Shown in pieces: positions 17,986-27,440 of a DNA stretch of 30,103 nt; positions within the stretch are counted from its first letter, which is position 1; each line of letters starts with the position of its first letter. A model generated the notes under the pieces. The model did no database searches. It was not told the DNA's origin and was given only the letters and a program-made list of their open reading frames with translations. Both the position numbers and the translations under genes were made by a program. The stretch comes from an uncultured Lachnospiraceae bacterium (GTDB taxonomy: Bacteria; Bacillota; Clostridia; Oscillospirales; CAG-272): positions 1 to 30,103 of the forward strand of contig CAZSUR010000002.1 of NCBI GenBank assembly GCA_964610075.1, read 5' to 3'.

Positions 17986-18194
17986 TCCGCGCGCACGCCG
18001 GCGCCTCAAGGGGCACGCAGCGCGAGCAGAGGCAGCATGAGGATATCCGACGCCCACTCACGCTTTCGCACACACGTCGTTACAAGGCGGCGTGGCGCGG
18101 AGCAGAACGGCTGCAAGCACGAGCAAAAAAACGTTTGCGGCACACGGAAGCCACCGCTCTCGAGGCGTTTGCGGCGCAATTTACCTCCGCGGCA

Positions 18195-18223
18195 TTGACA
18201 ACGATAGCAAATTATAGTATCAT
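18195..18223 (+). promoter_or_regulatory. sigA-type promoter
   Basis: TTGACA-17 nt-TATCAT. Confidence 0.7.
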
Positions 18224-18283
18224 ATATTTAATTACGCGTATTTAAAGCATCCGCAAATATACGCGCGAGAAAGGAAATTCGAA

Positions 18284-18607
18284 ATGATTGAATATAAAGC
18301 TAACGGAATAGAAGGAGAGTATATGCTCTATCGCGACAAGCCTCTTGTACGCGAAAACAACGTAATATGCTATGGAGATATGTCCGATCCGTACGTTCTT
18401 TTCATAATGATCCTCACGAACAAGACCGTCGAGGTAAGCGAGGGAAGAACGGAGGAGGTCCCGGACAGAATACTCCTCCAGGTGCTCAGCACGGATGAGA
18501 GCAAGCCGGCTCACGAAAGGGTTGCAAAGCAATTCGAGAAGAGCGGACTTTTCGATGCGATAGACATCGGTCTTATCTGGCTGGATAAATTGAATTCAGT
18601 AGCATAA
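18284..18607 (+). CDS. Hypothetical protein, 107 aa
   Basis: AAAGGA RBS, downstream of a sigA promoter, globular-looking composition; no family recognised. Confidence 0.8.
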   Translation: MIEYKANGIEGEYMLYRDKPLVRENNVICYGDMSDPYVLFIMILTNKTVEVSEGRTEEVPDRILLQVLSTDESKPAHERVAKQFEKSGLFDAIDIGLIWLDKLNSVA

Positions 18608-18704
18608 ACAGAATGTCTGCGACTGCGCCGGTGCTGTAATAACTTCATTATGGCAGCGGCGCTCGCTTTTGGCGTATCATTCCGAGAAAGGAGCTTGGCG
18701 CTTA

Positions 18705-19907
18705 ATGAAACAGATAATTGAATTTTTCAAGAAGAAAAAGAATCGCCCGATACTTATCGCTGTGATAGTATGCATCGTGCTTCTGCTTGCAGGCACGGCG
18801 GTGCTTTGCGTCTACCTTTTAAAAGGAGACGGCAACTCAGGCGAGCAGGAGACCGAGGATGTCATAGCAACTCCGGAATCGACGGCGGCATCCGTCACCG
18901 AACCGACGGAAACGGTACCTACCTACCCCGATATGATAGGAAAGTACAGCTATGACTCAAAGGGAAGAATAATCAATCCCCTGACAGGAGAAGCTGCCGA
19001 TACCGCAACGACCACGCGCCCTGCCGCGGTCATGATAAACAATATCGCGCGCGCCTGCCCGCAGATAGGCATAAGCCAGGCCGACGTTATATACGAATGT
19101 ATGGTCGAGGGCGGAATCACCAGACTCATGGTGCTGTTGAACGACTACACTTCGGCATCGGAGCTCGGCTCTATACGCTCCTCGCGCGAGTATTACCTTG
19201 ACTTCGCGCAGAATCACGACGCCATATACGTACACGCCGGCGGAAGCAATACCGCGTACTCGGAGATAAAGTCGCGCGGCATCAACAACATGGACGGCGT
19301 AAACATGAACATCCCCGACTCCTACTACCGCGACAGCGACCGCATGGCAAAAATGGGCTACGAGCACAGCATGATGATCTCCGGTGAGGGTATAGCCAAC
19401 GGCATCGAATACCTCGGCTATCGCACCGAGATAAGCGAGGACTTCAAGAGCCCGCTCGCCTTTGTCGACCGCGATGCCGACGCCGTATCCCCGACCGGGG
19501 GAGAGGCGACCTACGTCACCATACCGTACACCTCGTCGCACTATCCGATATACGAATACAACAAGGATAAAAACGTATACTACCGCTACCAATTCCGCGG
19601 AGATAAGCATATCGACGGCGCGACCGGCGAGCAGCTCTCCTTTTCGAACGTGCTGGTCATAAGCTGCTCTCACACGAACACCTATGACGACAAGAATCAC
19701 ATCGACGTAAATCCGGTGGGCTCGGGAGAGGGCTACCTCATAACGAACGGCGGATATACGGGCATAAAATGGAGCAAGGCAAGTGAGGATTCACCGGTTG
19801 AATTTACCGACGCCGCAGGAGAGCCTCTGCTCTTGAACTGCGGAAAGACCTTTATAAATATTGTCAGCCCGGACGTTTTTTCCGCCATTTCGATGACCGC
19901 GGAATAA
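18705..19907 (+). CDS. DUF3048 (YerB-like) membrane-anchored protein
   Basis: Start MKQII at 18705 (AAAGGAG RBS); TM anchor, NPLTGE, RPAAVMINN, QADVIYECMVEGGITRL, GSIRSSREY, HAGGS. Confidence 0.88.
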   Translation: MKQIIEFFKKKKNRPILIAVIVCIVLLLAGTAVLCVYLLKGDGNSGEQETEDVIATPESTAASVTEPTETVPTYPDMIGKYSYDSKGRIINPLTGEAADTATTTRPAAVMINNIARACPQIGISQADVIYECMVEGGITRLMVLLNDYTSASELGSIRSSREYYLDFAQNHDAIYVHAGGSNTAYSEIKSRGINNMDGVNMNIPDSYYRDSDRMAKMGYEHSMMISGEGIANGIEYLGYRTEISEDFKSPLAFVDRDADAVSPTGGEATYVTIPYTSSHYPIYEYNKDKNVYYRYQFRGDKHIDGATGEQLSFSNVLVISCSHTNTYDDKNHIDVNPVGSGEGYLITNGGYTGIKWSKASEDSPVEFTDAAGEPLLLNCGKTFINIVSPDVFSAISMTAE

Positions 19908-19943
19908 CACAACGCAAGATAAAACCATATCGCGAGGAAACAG

Positions 19944-21095
19944 ATGAATCGGACAAACAAGAAAACAAAAGAGATGAAGGCCTTCGAGCGGAAGGTCAAA
20001 GGCAAAAGAATGAGCGAGGAAAAGCGGCGCCGTCGGCGCAGGCTTAAGCTTGTGCTTATCCCATCCTCGGTAGTGGTGGTGCTGGCGCTGCTCTACCTCT
20101 TATTCGTATTTTCAAACATTCCGTTTATCTCCTATTGGCGAGGAATATGGATCGAGACCGCAATGACCACCGGAAAGCATCATTGGCTTGCCGAGGCGTT
20201 TATCCCGTCCTATATAATAGAGGACGTGATGAACAATCAGGTTGCAAACCCGGACATAATCGGCGGAAGCGAGGGCTTGACCGAGAAAAAGCCGACCTCG
20301 AAGTCCGACAAGGTGGTAAAGGACGATATCCTGGGTCAAAAGAATCTCAAAGTGGGCGATCTCGACTATGCCGGAAACAAGATCGTGCTCAACGATATCG
20401 AGGAGGGCATACTCGTATCCGAGGTGAGTGGAGCCTCCTTTAAGGGACGTATCATGCTCATCGACGATCCGTCGAGAGTATTCCTCGGCGTGACCGAGTC
20501 ACCCGGAGTTACCGGTATGCGCATCCTTGACATGATGGAAAACTACGGAGCTATCGCCGCTATCAACGCAAGCGGCTTCAACGACCCGAACGAGAACGGA
20601 AACGGCGGCGTAGTCGTCGGAATGAGCTGCTCGCAGGGCAACTATTGGGGAAATTACGTAAACTATTACGGAAGCGTAGTGTTCACGACGTCGGACAGAC
20701 TCGTCGTGGGCAACATCTCGGTATGGGATAACTACAACATCCGCGACGGAATACAGTTCGGCCCCGTGCTTGTAGCGAACGGACAGGCGCAGGTGACCGG
20801 CTCTGCCGGCTACGGCATACAGCCGAGAACCGCGATAGGACAGCGCGACGACGGAGTCGTGGCGTTCCTCATAATCGACGGACGCGACGTCACCTATTCG
20901 ATAGGCTGCACCGTCGGAGACATGGCGGAGATACTGTTAAAGTACAATATCGTAAACGCCTCCTGCTGTGACGGAGGAGCGAGCAGCATACTCGCGTACA
21001 AGGGCGAGATACTGACAAAGAACTGCTCGTGGAATCCCTCGATAGGACGTTTGCTCCCGAATGCGTTCATGGTAAAAAGCAAGGCCGATTCGTAA
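19944..21095 (+). CDS. Phosphodiester glycosidase (NAGPA/DUF2233) family protein
   Basis: Basic N-terminus plus TM helix, AAINASGF, FGPVLV.NG, PRTAIGQ, IDGR, CCDGGASS at the usual NLDGGGS position. Confidence 0.85.
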   Translation: MNRTNKKTKEMKAFERKVKGKRMSEEKRRRRRRLKLVLIPSSVVVVLALLYLLFVFSNIPFISYWRGIWIETAMTTGKHHWLAEAFIPSYIIEDVMNNQVANPDIIGGSEGLTEKKPTSKSDKVVKDDILGQKNLKVGDLDYAGNKIVLNDIEEGILVSEVSGASFKGRIMLIDDPSRVFLGVTESPGVTGMRILDMMENYGAIAAINASGFNDPNENGNGGVVVGMSCSQGNYWGNYVNYYGSVVFTTSDRLVVGNISVWDNYNIRDGIQFGPVLVANGQAQVTGSAGYGIQPRTAIGQRDDGVVAFLIIDGRDVTYSIGCTVGDMAEILLKYNIVNASCCDGGASSILAYKGEILTKNCSWNPSIGRLLPNAFMVKSKADS

Positions 21096-21121
21096 TCGAG
21101 TCAAAGTAATACACACAGCCG

Positions 21122-21157
21122 AAAGAGCTGCCGCAGAATACGGCAGCTCTTGTTTTT
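21122..21157. terminator. Bidirectional intrinsic terminator
   Basis: AAGAGCTGCCG-CAGAATA-CGGCAGCTCTT with T tracts on both strands, between convergent genes. Confidence 0.85.
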
Positions 21158-21182
21158 ATGCCCTATCGCTCAGCCGACGACC

Positions 21183-21305
21183 TCAGCAGCCGCAGCCGCA
21201 GCCGGAAGTGTTCGTGCTTCCGTTGCAATGATATAACAGCACCAAAAGAACGACGATAAGGATCCAGATGTTGCAATCGTCAAAAAGGTTGCAAAGACAG
21301 CTCAT
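21183..21305 (-). CDS. 40-aa Cys/Gly-rich single-TM microprotein, probably spore-associated
   Basis: Below the ORF-track cutoff. MSCLCNLFDDCNIWILIVVLLVLLYHCNGSTNTSGCGCGC*; AGGGAGG RBS 8 nt upstream; terminator downstream. Confidence 0.8.
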   Translation of the reverse strand: MSCLCNLFDDCNIWILIVVLLVLLYHCNGSTNTSGCGCGC

Positions 21306-21368
21306 TTTACAGTCCTCCCTTTAAATATTGGGATGACGAAGTCCGATTCGGTTTCGCCTCCTGATACC

Positions 21369-21395
21369 ATACTATGCGCCGCGCGGCGTTGTGTG
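21369..21395 (-). promoter_or_regulatory. sigK/sigE-like promoter for the microprotein
   Basis: Minus strand cAC-16 nt-CATAGTAT fits the mother-cell sigma -10 pattern CATAnnnT. Confidence 0.45.
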
Positions 21396-21523
21396 AAAGG
21401 AAGGTACGGAAAAGTGAGCGGCGGTGCACGCAAGCCTGTGCCCGGCGCAGCACATCGGAACGAGTAAACCTACGGCATCAAGCACGGACGCGGCGCGGTA
21501 TAGCATCACCGAGCCGCAAGCGG

Positions 21524-22375
21524 TCAACCCTCCGCGCGCGAAAACAGCCCTCGAACGTCCGCTCTGAGCTCATGCGGCGGTATCTCGCACCTTACGGCAG
21601 CTCCGAGCTCGCGCGCTTCGCGGCAGGCGGCGAAGTCGCCGCTATCACTATCGCCCCACGACGCGCTCGCACTCATATCTCGCGGCGCTGAGGCACGCTC
21701 GCGTGCAATATGATGCGAGCCTCCGGCATCCTGCACGGCGCAACAGAAAGCCCCGGCATCACGCGCGGTGTTATCATAGTTTCGAGCGCTACGACGAGAG
21801 GAGACGGCATCGCACGCGACATTATCATCCTCTCGAGCGTCGCGCTCTCGTCCGCGGTGGCGCTCCGTCGCTCCGTCGAGCGCCGGAGCTCGCTCGAGCA
21901 CCGCAACTCCGCCGTCAAAGAGGAAGAAATCTCCGCCGTCACGCGACATTCGAATGCGACGACGGGTGCTCGGGTAAAGAAAGCGCTCGCTTCCGGCAAT
22001 AACTCCCGAGTCCATATCCCAGATGTCGCAATAGAAGCCGAGCGAAAGAAGCTCTCTCGCGTCGTAGACGGCGCGCCTCCAAAGTATGCTCAAAAATCCG
22101 CCGCGCTCGAGGGTTATGCGATAATCAAGTGACAGTCCGTCACCGGAGCCGAGTCCACGCACAAGCCGATAGGCAAGCTGAAAATAAAACTCGCTTATGC
22201 GCGCGTCAAGCTCCTCCGAGCGGCAGAGCAGCCGCGACGGAGTGTATTCCGGATCATATTCGGGCAGCGCCACCCCATCGCGCAACGGGATCGGGAGCCG
22301 CAGGCTCACGTGCGCCCTCCCTCCGCCGCTTATCCGCTCGGTTTTTCGCACCCGGTATTCCTCAAACCTACTCAT
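21524..22375 (-). CDS. Hypothetical protein; C-terminal third may be run-on sequence
   Basis: AAAGGAG upstream, divergent from metAA; the first ~165 aa look globular, the rest is Ala/Arg/Asp-rich. Confidence 0.55.
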   Translation of the reverse strand: MSRFEEYRVRKTERISGGGRAHVSLRLPIPLRDGVALPEYDPEYTPSRLLCRSEELDARISEFYFQLAYRLVRGLGSGDGLSLDYRITLERGGFLSILWRRAVYDARELLSLGFYCDIWDMDSGVIAGSERFLYPSTRRRIRMSRDGGDFFLFDGGVAVLERAPALDGATERHRGRERDAREDDNVACDAVSSRRSARNYDNTARDAGAFCCAVQDAGGSHHIARERASAPRDMSASASWGDSDSGDFAACREARELGAAVRCEIPPHELRADVRGLFSRAEG

Positions 22376-22428
22376 TCTGCCAAAAGCTCTCCTTTATTCG
22401 ACCTGCGTTATATTTTTATTCTATGCTA

Positions 22429-22457
22429 TTGTGTTTGATAAAAGTATTTGATATAAT
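22429..22457 (+). promoter_or_regulatory. sigA-type promoter for metAA-nth-thiI
   Basis: TTGTGT-17 nt-TATAAT with an extended TG; the short leader leaves no room for an S-box or T-box. Confidence 0.6.
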
Positions 22458-22493
22458 ATAATGAGTATTTTTTATTCGCGGAGTGAAGGAAAT

Positions 22494-23420
22494 ATGCCGA
22501 TAAAAATCCCATCCGGGCTCCCGGCGCACAAGATGCTTGAGGAAGAGAACATCTTCGTCATGGATGAAAAAAGAGCGCTGCATCAGGACATACGCCCGCT
22601 TAAAATAGCCGTGCTGAATCTCATGCCGGCAAAAATAACGACCGAAAACCAGCTTATAAGGCTCCTTTCGAACACGTCGCTTCAGATAGATCTGACCCTG
22701 CTTCAGACCGCCTCCTACACGCCGAAAAACACGGCGAAGGAGCACATGAAGAGCTTTTACAAGAACGTTTTCGATGTAAAAGATGACAAATTCGACGGAC
22801 TTATCATCACCGGAGCACCGGTCGAGGTGTTGCCGTTCGAGGATGTCGATTATTGGGACGAGCTGTGCTTTGTCATGGAATGGGCAAAGACGAACGTCTT
22901 TTCGACCTTTTACATATGCTGGGCAGCTCAGGCAGGGCTGTATTATCACTAGAACATCCCGACATACGAGCGCAGCGAGAAGCTGTTCGGAGTTTTCTCG
23001 CACACGATAGAGGAGCCGATGCATCCGCTTGTGCGCGGCTTTGACGAGACCTTTTTCGCGCCGCACTCACGTCACACCGAAACAAGGCGCGAGGACGTGG
23101 AGAAGGTGCCGGGGCTGAAGGTACTCGCCGCATCGGAGGAGGCAGGGCTGTATATCGCCGCATCCGACGATATGCGTCGCTTCTTCGTCACCGGTCACGC
23201 GGAATACGACACCGACACCCTTTCGCTCGAGTATTTCAGAGACCTCGAGCGCGGGCTCGACATAGCGATCCCCGAAAATTATTTCCCGGACAACGATCCC
23301 TCAAAAGCACCGAGGAATCTGTGGCGCGCACACGCTCACCTCTTGTTCTCGAATTGGCTGAACTACTGCGTATACCAGATAACTCCGTACGATCTCGACG
23401 AGCTCGAGACGGGAAGATAA
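22494..23420 (+). pseudogene. metAA: Homoserine O-acetyltransferase (MetA family) interrupted by an in-frame TAG at codon 153
   Basis: [22 protein letters not shown] (Glu, the acetyl-CoA specificity determinant), ICWAAQ catalytic Cys, TAG at 22950-22952, then the same frame resumes with KLFGVF, APHSRH, GHAEYD, WLNY. Pseudogene status is uncertain. Confidence 0.85.
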
Positions 23421-23449
23421 GCTGAGATCTGTCGGATGGACGGTAGAAT

Positions 23450-24130
23450 ATGAAAAAGGAACGGAACAAAAACTCAAAGCTGGCAACGGAGGCGGTCGAG
23501 GAGCTTAAACGCCTCTATCCGTCGGCGGATTGTGCTCTCGAGTACGAGGGAGATCCGTGGAAGCTGCTTGTAATGGCAAGGCTGTCCGCCCAATGCACCG
23601 ACGCAAGGGTAAACATCGTGTGCCGCGAGCTGTTTGTACGCTATCCCGACATGAAGGCCATGGCAGAGGCGGAGCTGTCCGAGCTCGAGGAGGCGGTGCG
23701 CCCGTGCGGACTGCATAAGGTCAAGGCGAGAGACCTGCGCGATATGTGCGTGCAGCTTATAAACGACTTCGGAGGCTCGATCCCGACCGATATGGACGAG
23801 CTGCTCACCCTCCCCGGGGTAGGACGAAAGATAGCAAATCTTATCCGCGGAGATCTGTTCGGGCTGCCGGCAATAGTCACCGATACGCATTGCATACGCA
23901 TATGCGGCAGGCTCGGCTTCTATCCGGAGAGCGAAAAGAATCCGCAGAGGATCGAGCGGATACTCACCGCCGCCGTCGCACCCGACGAGCAGGCGGATTT
24001 CTGCCATCGCCTGGTATGGTTCGGCCGCGAGGTGTGCACCGCAAGAAGCCCAAAGTGCACGGGGTGTCCTCTCGGACATATCTGCGCACACGGCAAAAAG
24101 CTGAAAAGATCAACCGAAAAACACAAATAA
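23450..24130 (+). CDS. nth: Endonuclease III
   Basis: LSAQCTDARVN, HhH motif LPGVGRKIAN, VTDTH, CX6CX2CX5C 4Fe-4S motif. Confidence 0.96.
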   Translation: MKKERNKNSKLATEAVEELKRLYPSADCALEYEGDPWKLLVMARLSAQCTDARVNIVCRELFVRYPDMKAMAEAELSELEEAVRPCGLHKVKARDLRDMCVQLINDFGGSIPTDMDELLTLPGVGRKIANLIRGDLFGLPAIVTDTHCIRICGRLGFYPESEKNPQRIERILTAAVAPDEQADFCHRLVWFGREVCTARSPKCTGCPLGHICAHGKKLKRSTEKHK

Positions 24131-24151
24131 ACGAAACCGGAGATTCATATT

Positions 24152-25333
24152 ATGAGAGAGATAATTCTTTGTAAATACGGCGAGATAGTATTAAAGGGTC
24201 TCAATCGAGGCTATTTTGAAAACCTCCTTATGCGCGAGATGAAAAGGCGCATCGCGCTCTGCGGAGATTTTGAGATAACACGCGCGCAGAGCACTCTGTA
24301 TATAGAGCCTAAAAACGACGAAGCCGACATCGACGAGGCAGTACGCCTTGCGTGCAAGGTGTTTGGCATCGTGACGGTAAGCCGCGCCGCGGTGGTCGAG
24401 AAGGACATCGAGGCGATAAAGGCTGCGGCAAAGGAGTATCTGCCGAAGTATCTGAAGAACGCGCGCTCCTTTAAGGCGGAGTCGAAGCGCAGCGACAAGC
24501 GCTTTCCGCTCACCTCCCCGAAGATATCGGCAGAGGTCGGAGGCGCTGTATGCGAGGTCATGCCCGGTCTGCGCGTTGACGTGAATCGTCCCGACGTAAC
24601 GGTAATATGCGAGATAAGAGAGAGCGCGGCGTATCTCCACGCAGGTGCGCTCCCGGGAGCCGGCGGTATGCCGCTCGGCTCGAACGGCAAGGCGCTGCTG
24701 CTGCTCTCCGGAGGTATCGACAGCCCTGTTGCCGGATTTATGCTTGCAAAGCGCGGAGTGACCATCGAGGCTCTGCATTTTGAGAGCTACCCCTACACAA
24801 GCGAGCAGGCAAAGGAGAAGGTGCTCGAGCTTGCGCGCAGAGTATCCGAATACTGCGGACAGATAAAGGTACACGTTATCAGCCTGACAAAGATACAGGA
24901 GAAGCTGCGCGACAACTGCGACGAGGATTACTTCACCCTCCTGCTCCGCCGATATATGATGCGCCTGGCTGAGCGCACAGCCGAAAAGTTCGGCGCGACC
25001 GCGCTCATCACCGGAGAGAGCCTCGGCCAGGTGGCGAGCCAGACGATGCAGGCGCTCGGAGTGACCGACTCGGTCGTATCTCTGCCCGTGTTCCGCCCGT
25101 GCATCGGAATGGATAAGGAGGAGATAATCCGCATATCGCGCCGCATCGACACCTTCGAGACATCGATTTTGCCCTACGAGGACTGCTGCACGGTATTCAC
25201 CCCCCGTCATCCCAAGACCCGCCCAGAGGCTGAAAAGGTAGAGGCGGAGGAGCGCAAGCTCGACTTCAAGTCGCTCGAGGACGAGGCTTTTTCAACCCTC
25301 GAAACGTACGTAATAAACGCATATGCGGACTGA
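24152..25333 (+). CDS. thiI: tRNA 4-thiouridine(8) synthase ThiI (short form, no rhodanese domain)
   Basis: KYGEIVLKGLNR, THUMP domain, PP-loop LLSGGIDSPVA, TGESLGQVASQT, PYEDCCTVF. Confidence 0.96.
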   Translation: MREIILCKYGEIVLKGLNRGYFENLLMREMKRRIALCGDFEITRAQSTLYIEPKNDEADIDEAVRLACKVFGIVTVSRAAVVEKDIEAIKAAAKEYLPKYLKNARSFKAESKRSDKRFPLTSPKISAEVGGAVCEVMPGLRVDVNRPDVTVICEIRESAAYLHAGALPGAGGMPLGSNGKALLLLSGGIDSPVAGFMLAKRGVTIEALHFESYPYTSEQAKEKVLELARRVSEYCGQIKVHVISLTKIQEKLRDNCDEDYFTLLLRRYMMRLAERTAEKFGATALITGESLGQVASQTMQALGVTDSVVSLPVFRPCIGMDKEEIIRISRRIDTFETSILPYEDCCTVFTPRHPKTRPEAEKVEAEERKLDFKSLEDEAFSTLETYVINAYAD

Positions 25334-25358
25334 TTCGGTGCAACTTTTTCTTTAGCTA

Positions 25359-25387
25359 TTGACACAGAGACCGTTTTTGTTTAAAAT
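25359..25387 (+). promoter_or_regulatory. sigA-type promoter for rny
   Basis: TTGACA-17 nt-TAAAAT followed by an AT-rich leader. Confidence 0.7.
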
Positions 25388-25514
25388 AATAGTATGTAAT
25401 GAAGTATAAATGCTGCTTTTGCTGAATTAAAATATATTCGAATAAAATATAGATATACTGCAAAATATATTGCATTTTGCCATACATAATTTAATAACAA
25501 CCAAGGAGGCTCAC

Positions 25515-27068
25515 ATGCAATACATGGAGATGGTGCTGGCAGCCGTTGCGGCTGTAATCGTTGCACTCCCGCTTGGCTTTTTCATCGGAACCACCTACCG
25601 CAAAAAGGTGGGCGAGGCTAAGATAGGCTCGGCAGAGCTTGAGGCCGCGCGCATCGTGGAAGAAGCCAAAACCGTGGCGGAAACAAGCAAGAAGGAAGCC
25701 TTGATAGCCGCAAAGGAGGAGATCCTTCGCGAAAGAAACGAGGCTGAACGCGAGATCAAGGAGCGCCGAAGTGAGGTATCGCGCCTCGAGCGACGCGCTG
25801 TTGCAAAGGAAGAATCGCTGGAGCGAAAGATAGAAAGCTACGAGCGAAAGGAAGAGGTTTTAAACCAGAAGATCAGCGAAAATAATGAGCTTACCTCACA
25901 GATCGAGGATATAAAGGCTCAGCAGATCAAAAAGCTGGAATCCATCGCCGGACTCAGCGCGGCGGAGGCAAAGGAAGAGCTTGTCAGCCATATCGAAAAC
26001 GACGTCAAGCACGAGGCTGCCGCAAGAATGATGGAGATCGAGACTCAGCTCAAGGAGGATGCCGAGGCAAAGGCGAAGAATATCATTTCGCTTGCTATAC
26101 AACGTTGCGCTTCGGACAGCGTATCCGAGGCTACGGTATCCGTTGTTCCGCTCCCGAACGATGATATGAAGGGTCGTATCATAGGACGCGAGGGAAGAAA
26201 CATAAGAACGCTCGAAACGCTCACCGGCGTTGATCTTATAATCGACGATACACCCGAGGCTATAACCCTCTCAAGCTTCGATCCGATACGCCGCGAGGTC
26301 GCGAGAATATCGCTTGAAAAGCTTATCTCCGACGGAAGAATTCATCCCACGAGAATAGAGGAGACGGTAGAAAAGGCGAAGAAGGAGATCGAGGCGTCTA
26401 TAAAGCAGGCCGGCGAGCACGCCATCTTCGAGGTTGGAGTTCACGGTATAAACAACGAGATGGTAAAGATACTCGGACGCTTGAAGTACCGCACCAGCTA
26501 CGGTCAGAACGTTCTCGACCACTCGATCGAGGTCGCACATCTTTCCGGAATGATAGCAGACGAGCTCGGAGTAGACAGCACGCTTGCAAAGCGCGCAGGT
26601 CTGCTGCACGACATAGGAAAGGCTATGACTCAGGAGATCGAGGGCTCGCACGTTTACATCGGTGTTGACATAGCTAAGAAATACCGCGAGAGCAAGGACG
26701 TTATCCATGCGATCGAGGCTCACCATAACGACGTCGATCCCAAGACCATCGTCGCTATGATAGTTCAGGCGGCGGATGCAATATCTGCGGCAAGACCGGG
26801 CGCAAGACGCGAGGATCTTGAAAACTACATCAAGCGTCTGCAGAAGCTCGAGGAGATCGCAAACAGCTTTGGCGGAGTTGAAAAATCCTACGCCATCCAG
26901 GCCGGCCGCGAGATCCGCATAATGGTCAAGCCCGAGGAGGTATCGGACGAGCAGATGGTGCTCATCGCGCACGACATCGTAAAGAAGATCGAGGGCTCGA
27001 TGGAGTATCCCGGACAGATAAAGATACATATGATACGCGAGAGCCGCGCTATCGACTACGCAAAATAA
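25515..27068 (+). CDS. rny: Ribonuclease Y
   Basis: Start at 25515 (AAGGAGG RBS); N-terminal TM helix, coiled coil, KH domain ([13 protein letters not shown]), HD domain (GLLHDIGK). Confidence 0.98.
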   Translation: MQYMEMVLAAVAAVIVALPLGFFIGTTYRKKVGEAKIGSAELEAARIVEEAKTVAETSKKEALIAAKEEILRERNEAEREIKERRSEVSRLERRAVAKEESLERKIESYERKEEVLNQKISENNELTSQIEDIKAQQIKKLESIAGLSAAEAKEELVSHIENDVKHEAAARMMEIETQLKEDAEAKAKNIISLAIQRCASDSVSEATVSVVPLPNDDMKGRIIGREGRNIRTLETLTGVDLIIDDTPEAITLSSFDPIRREVARISLEKLISDGRIHPTRIEETVEKAKKEIEASIKQAGEHAIFEVGVHGINNEMVKILGRLKYRTSYGQNVLDHSIEVAHLSGMIADELGVDSTLAKRAGLLHDIGKAMTQEIEGSHVYIGVDIAKKYRESKDVIHAIEAHHNDVDPKTIVAMIVQAADAISAARPGARREDLENYIKRLQKLEEIANSFGGVEKSYAIQAGREIRIMVKPEEVSDEQMVLIAHDIVKKIEGSMEYPGQIKIHMIRESRAIDYAK

Positions 27069-27081
27069 AAACGAAAAAAGA

Positions 27082-27137
27082 CTCCTGCGATATGCAGAGC
27101 AGAGCTACGTGCCTGCCGAATATCGCAGGAGATTTTT
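27082..27137 (+). terminator. Terminator after rny
   Basis: CTCCTGCGATAT...ATATCGCAGGAG stem followed by a T tract. Confidence 0.75.
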
Positions 27138-27440
27138 GTGTACGGCGGCGTGGCGCCGGCGCGCTTGCATGCCGGTAACGCATCCCATCTGCTCACCGCG
27201 GTATAACGGCCGGTGCAGCCAAGAATCATGCACCGCGTGGTACCGCAATGCCGTAAAGCCGATTCCCCGACAGCACTGACAACAACCACGCATACATTAA
27301 CTCCGGTGCAGAGAGCGGCGATGGCAACAGGCACGATACCATCGCCGCGGTGCGGTATAACGCCAACCACATCTCGCCGGCGTGGAGAGCAAAGATCGTT
27401 CTGCGCGGTATCGCGCCGCCGTAATGTATTCATCACGCGC

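Noticed and set aside
25379-25406. Second dif-like sequence (TACTTCATTAC-ATACTA-TTATTTTAAAC on the minus strand)
   Set aside because: The right arm is 9/11 to the canonical XerD arm, but the left arm lacks ATAA, and the match is explained by the AT-rich rny -10 region.
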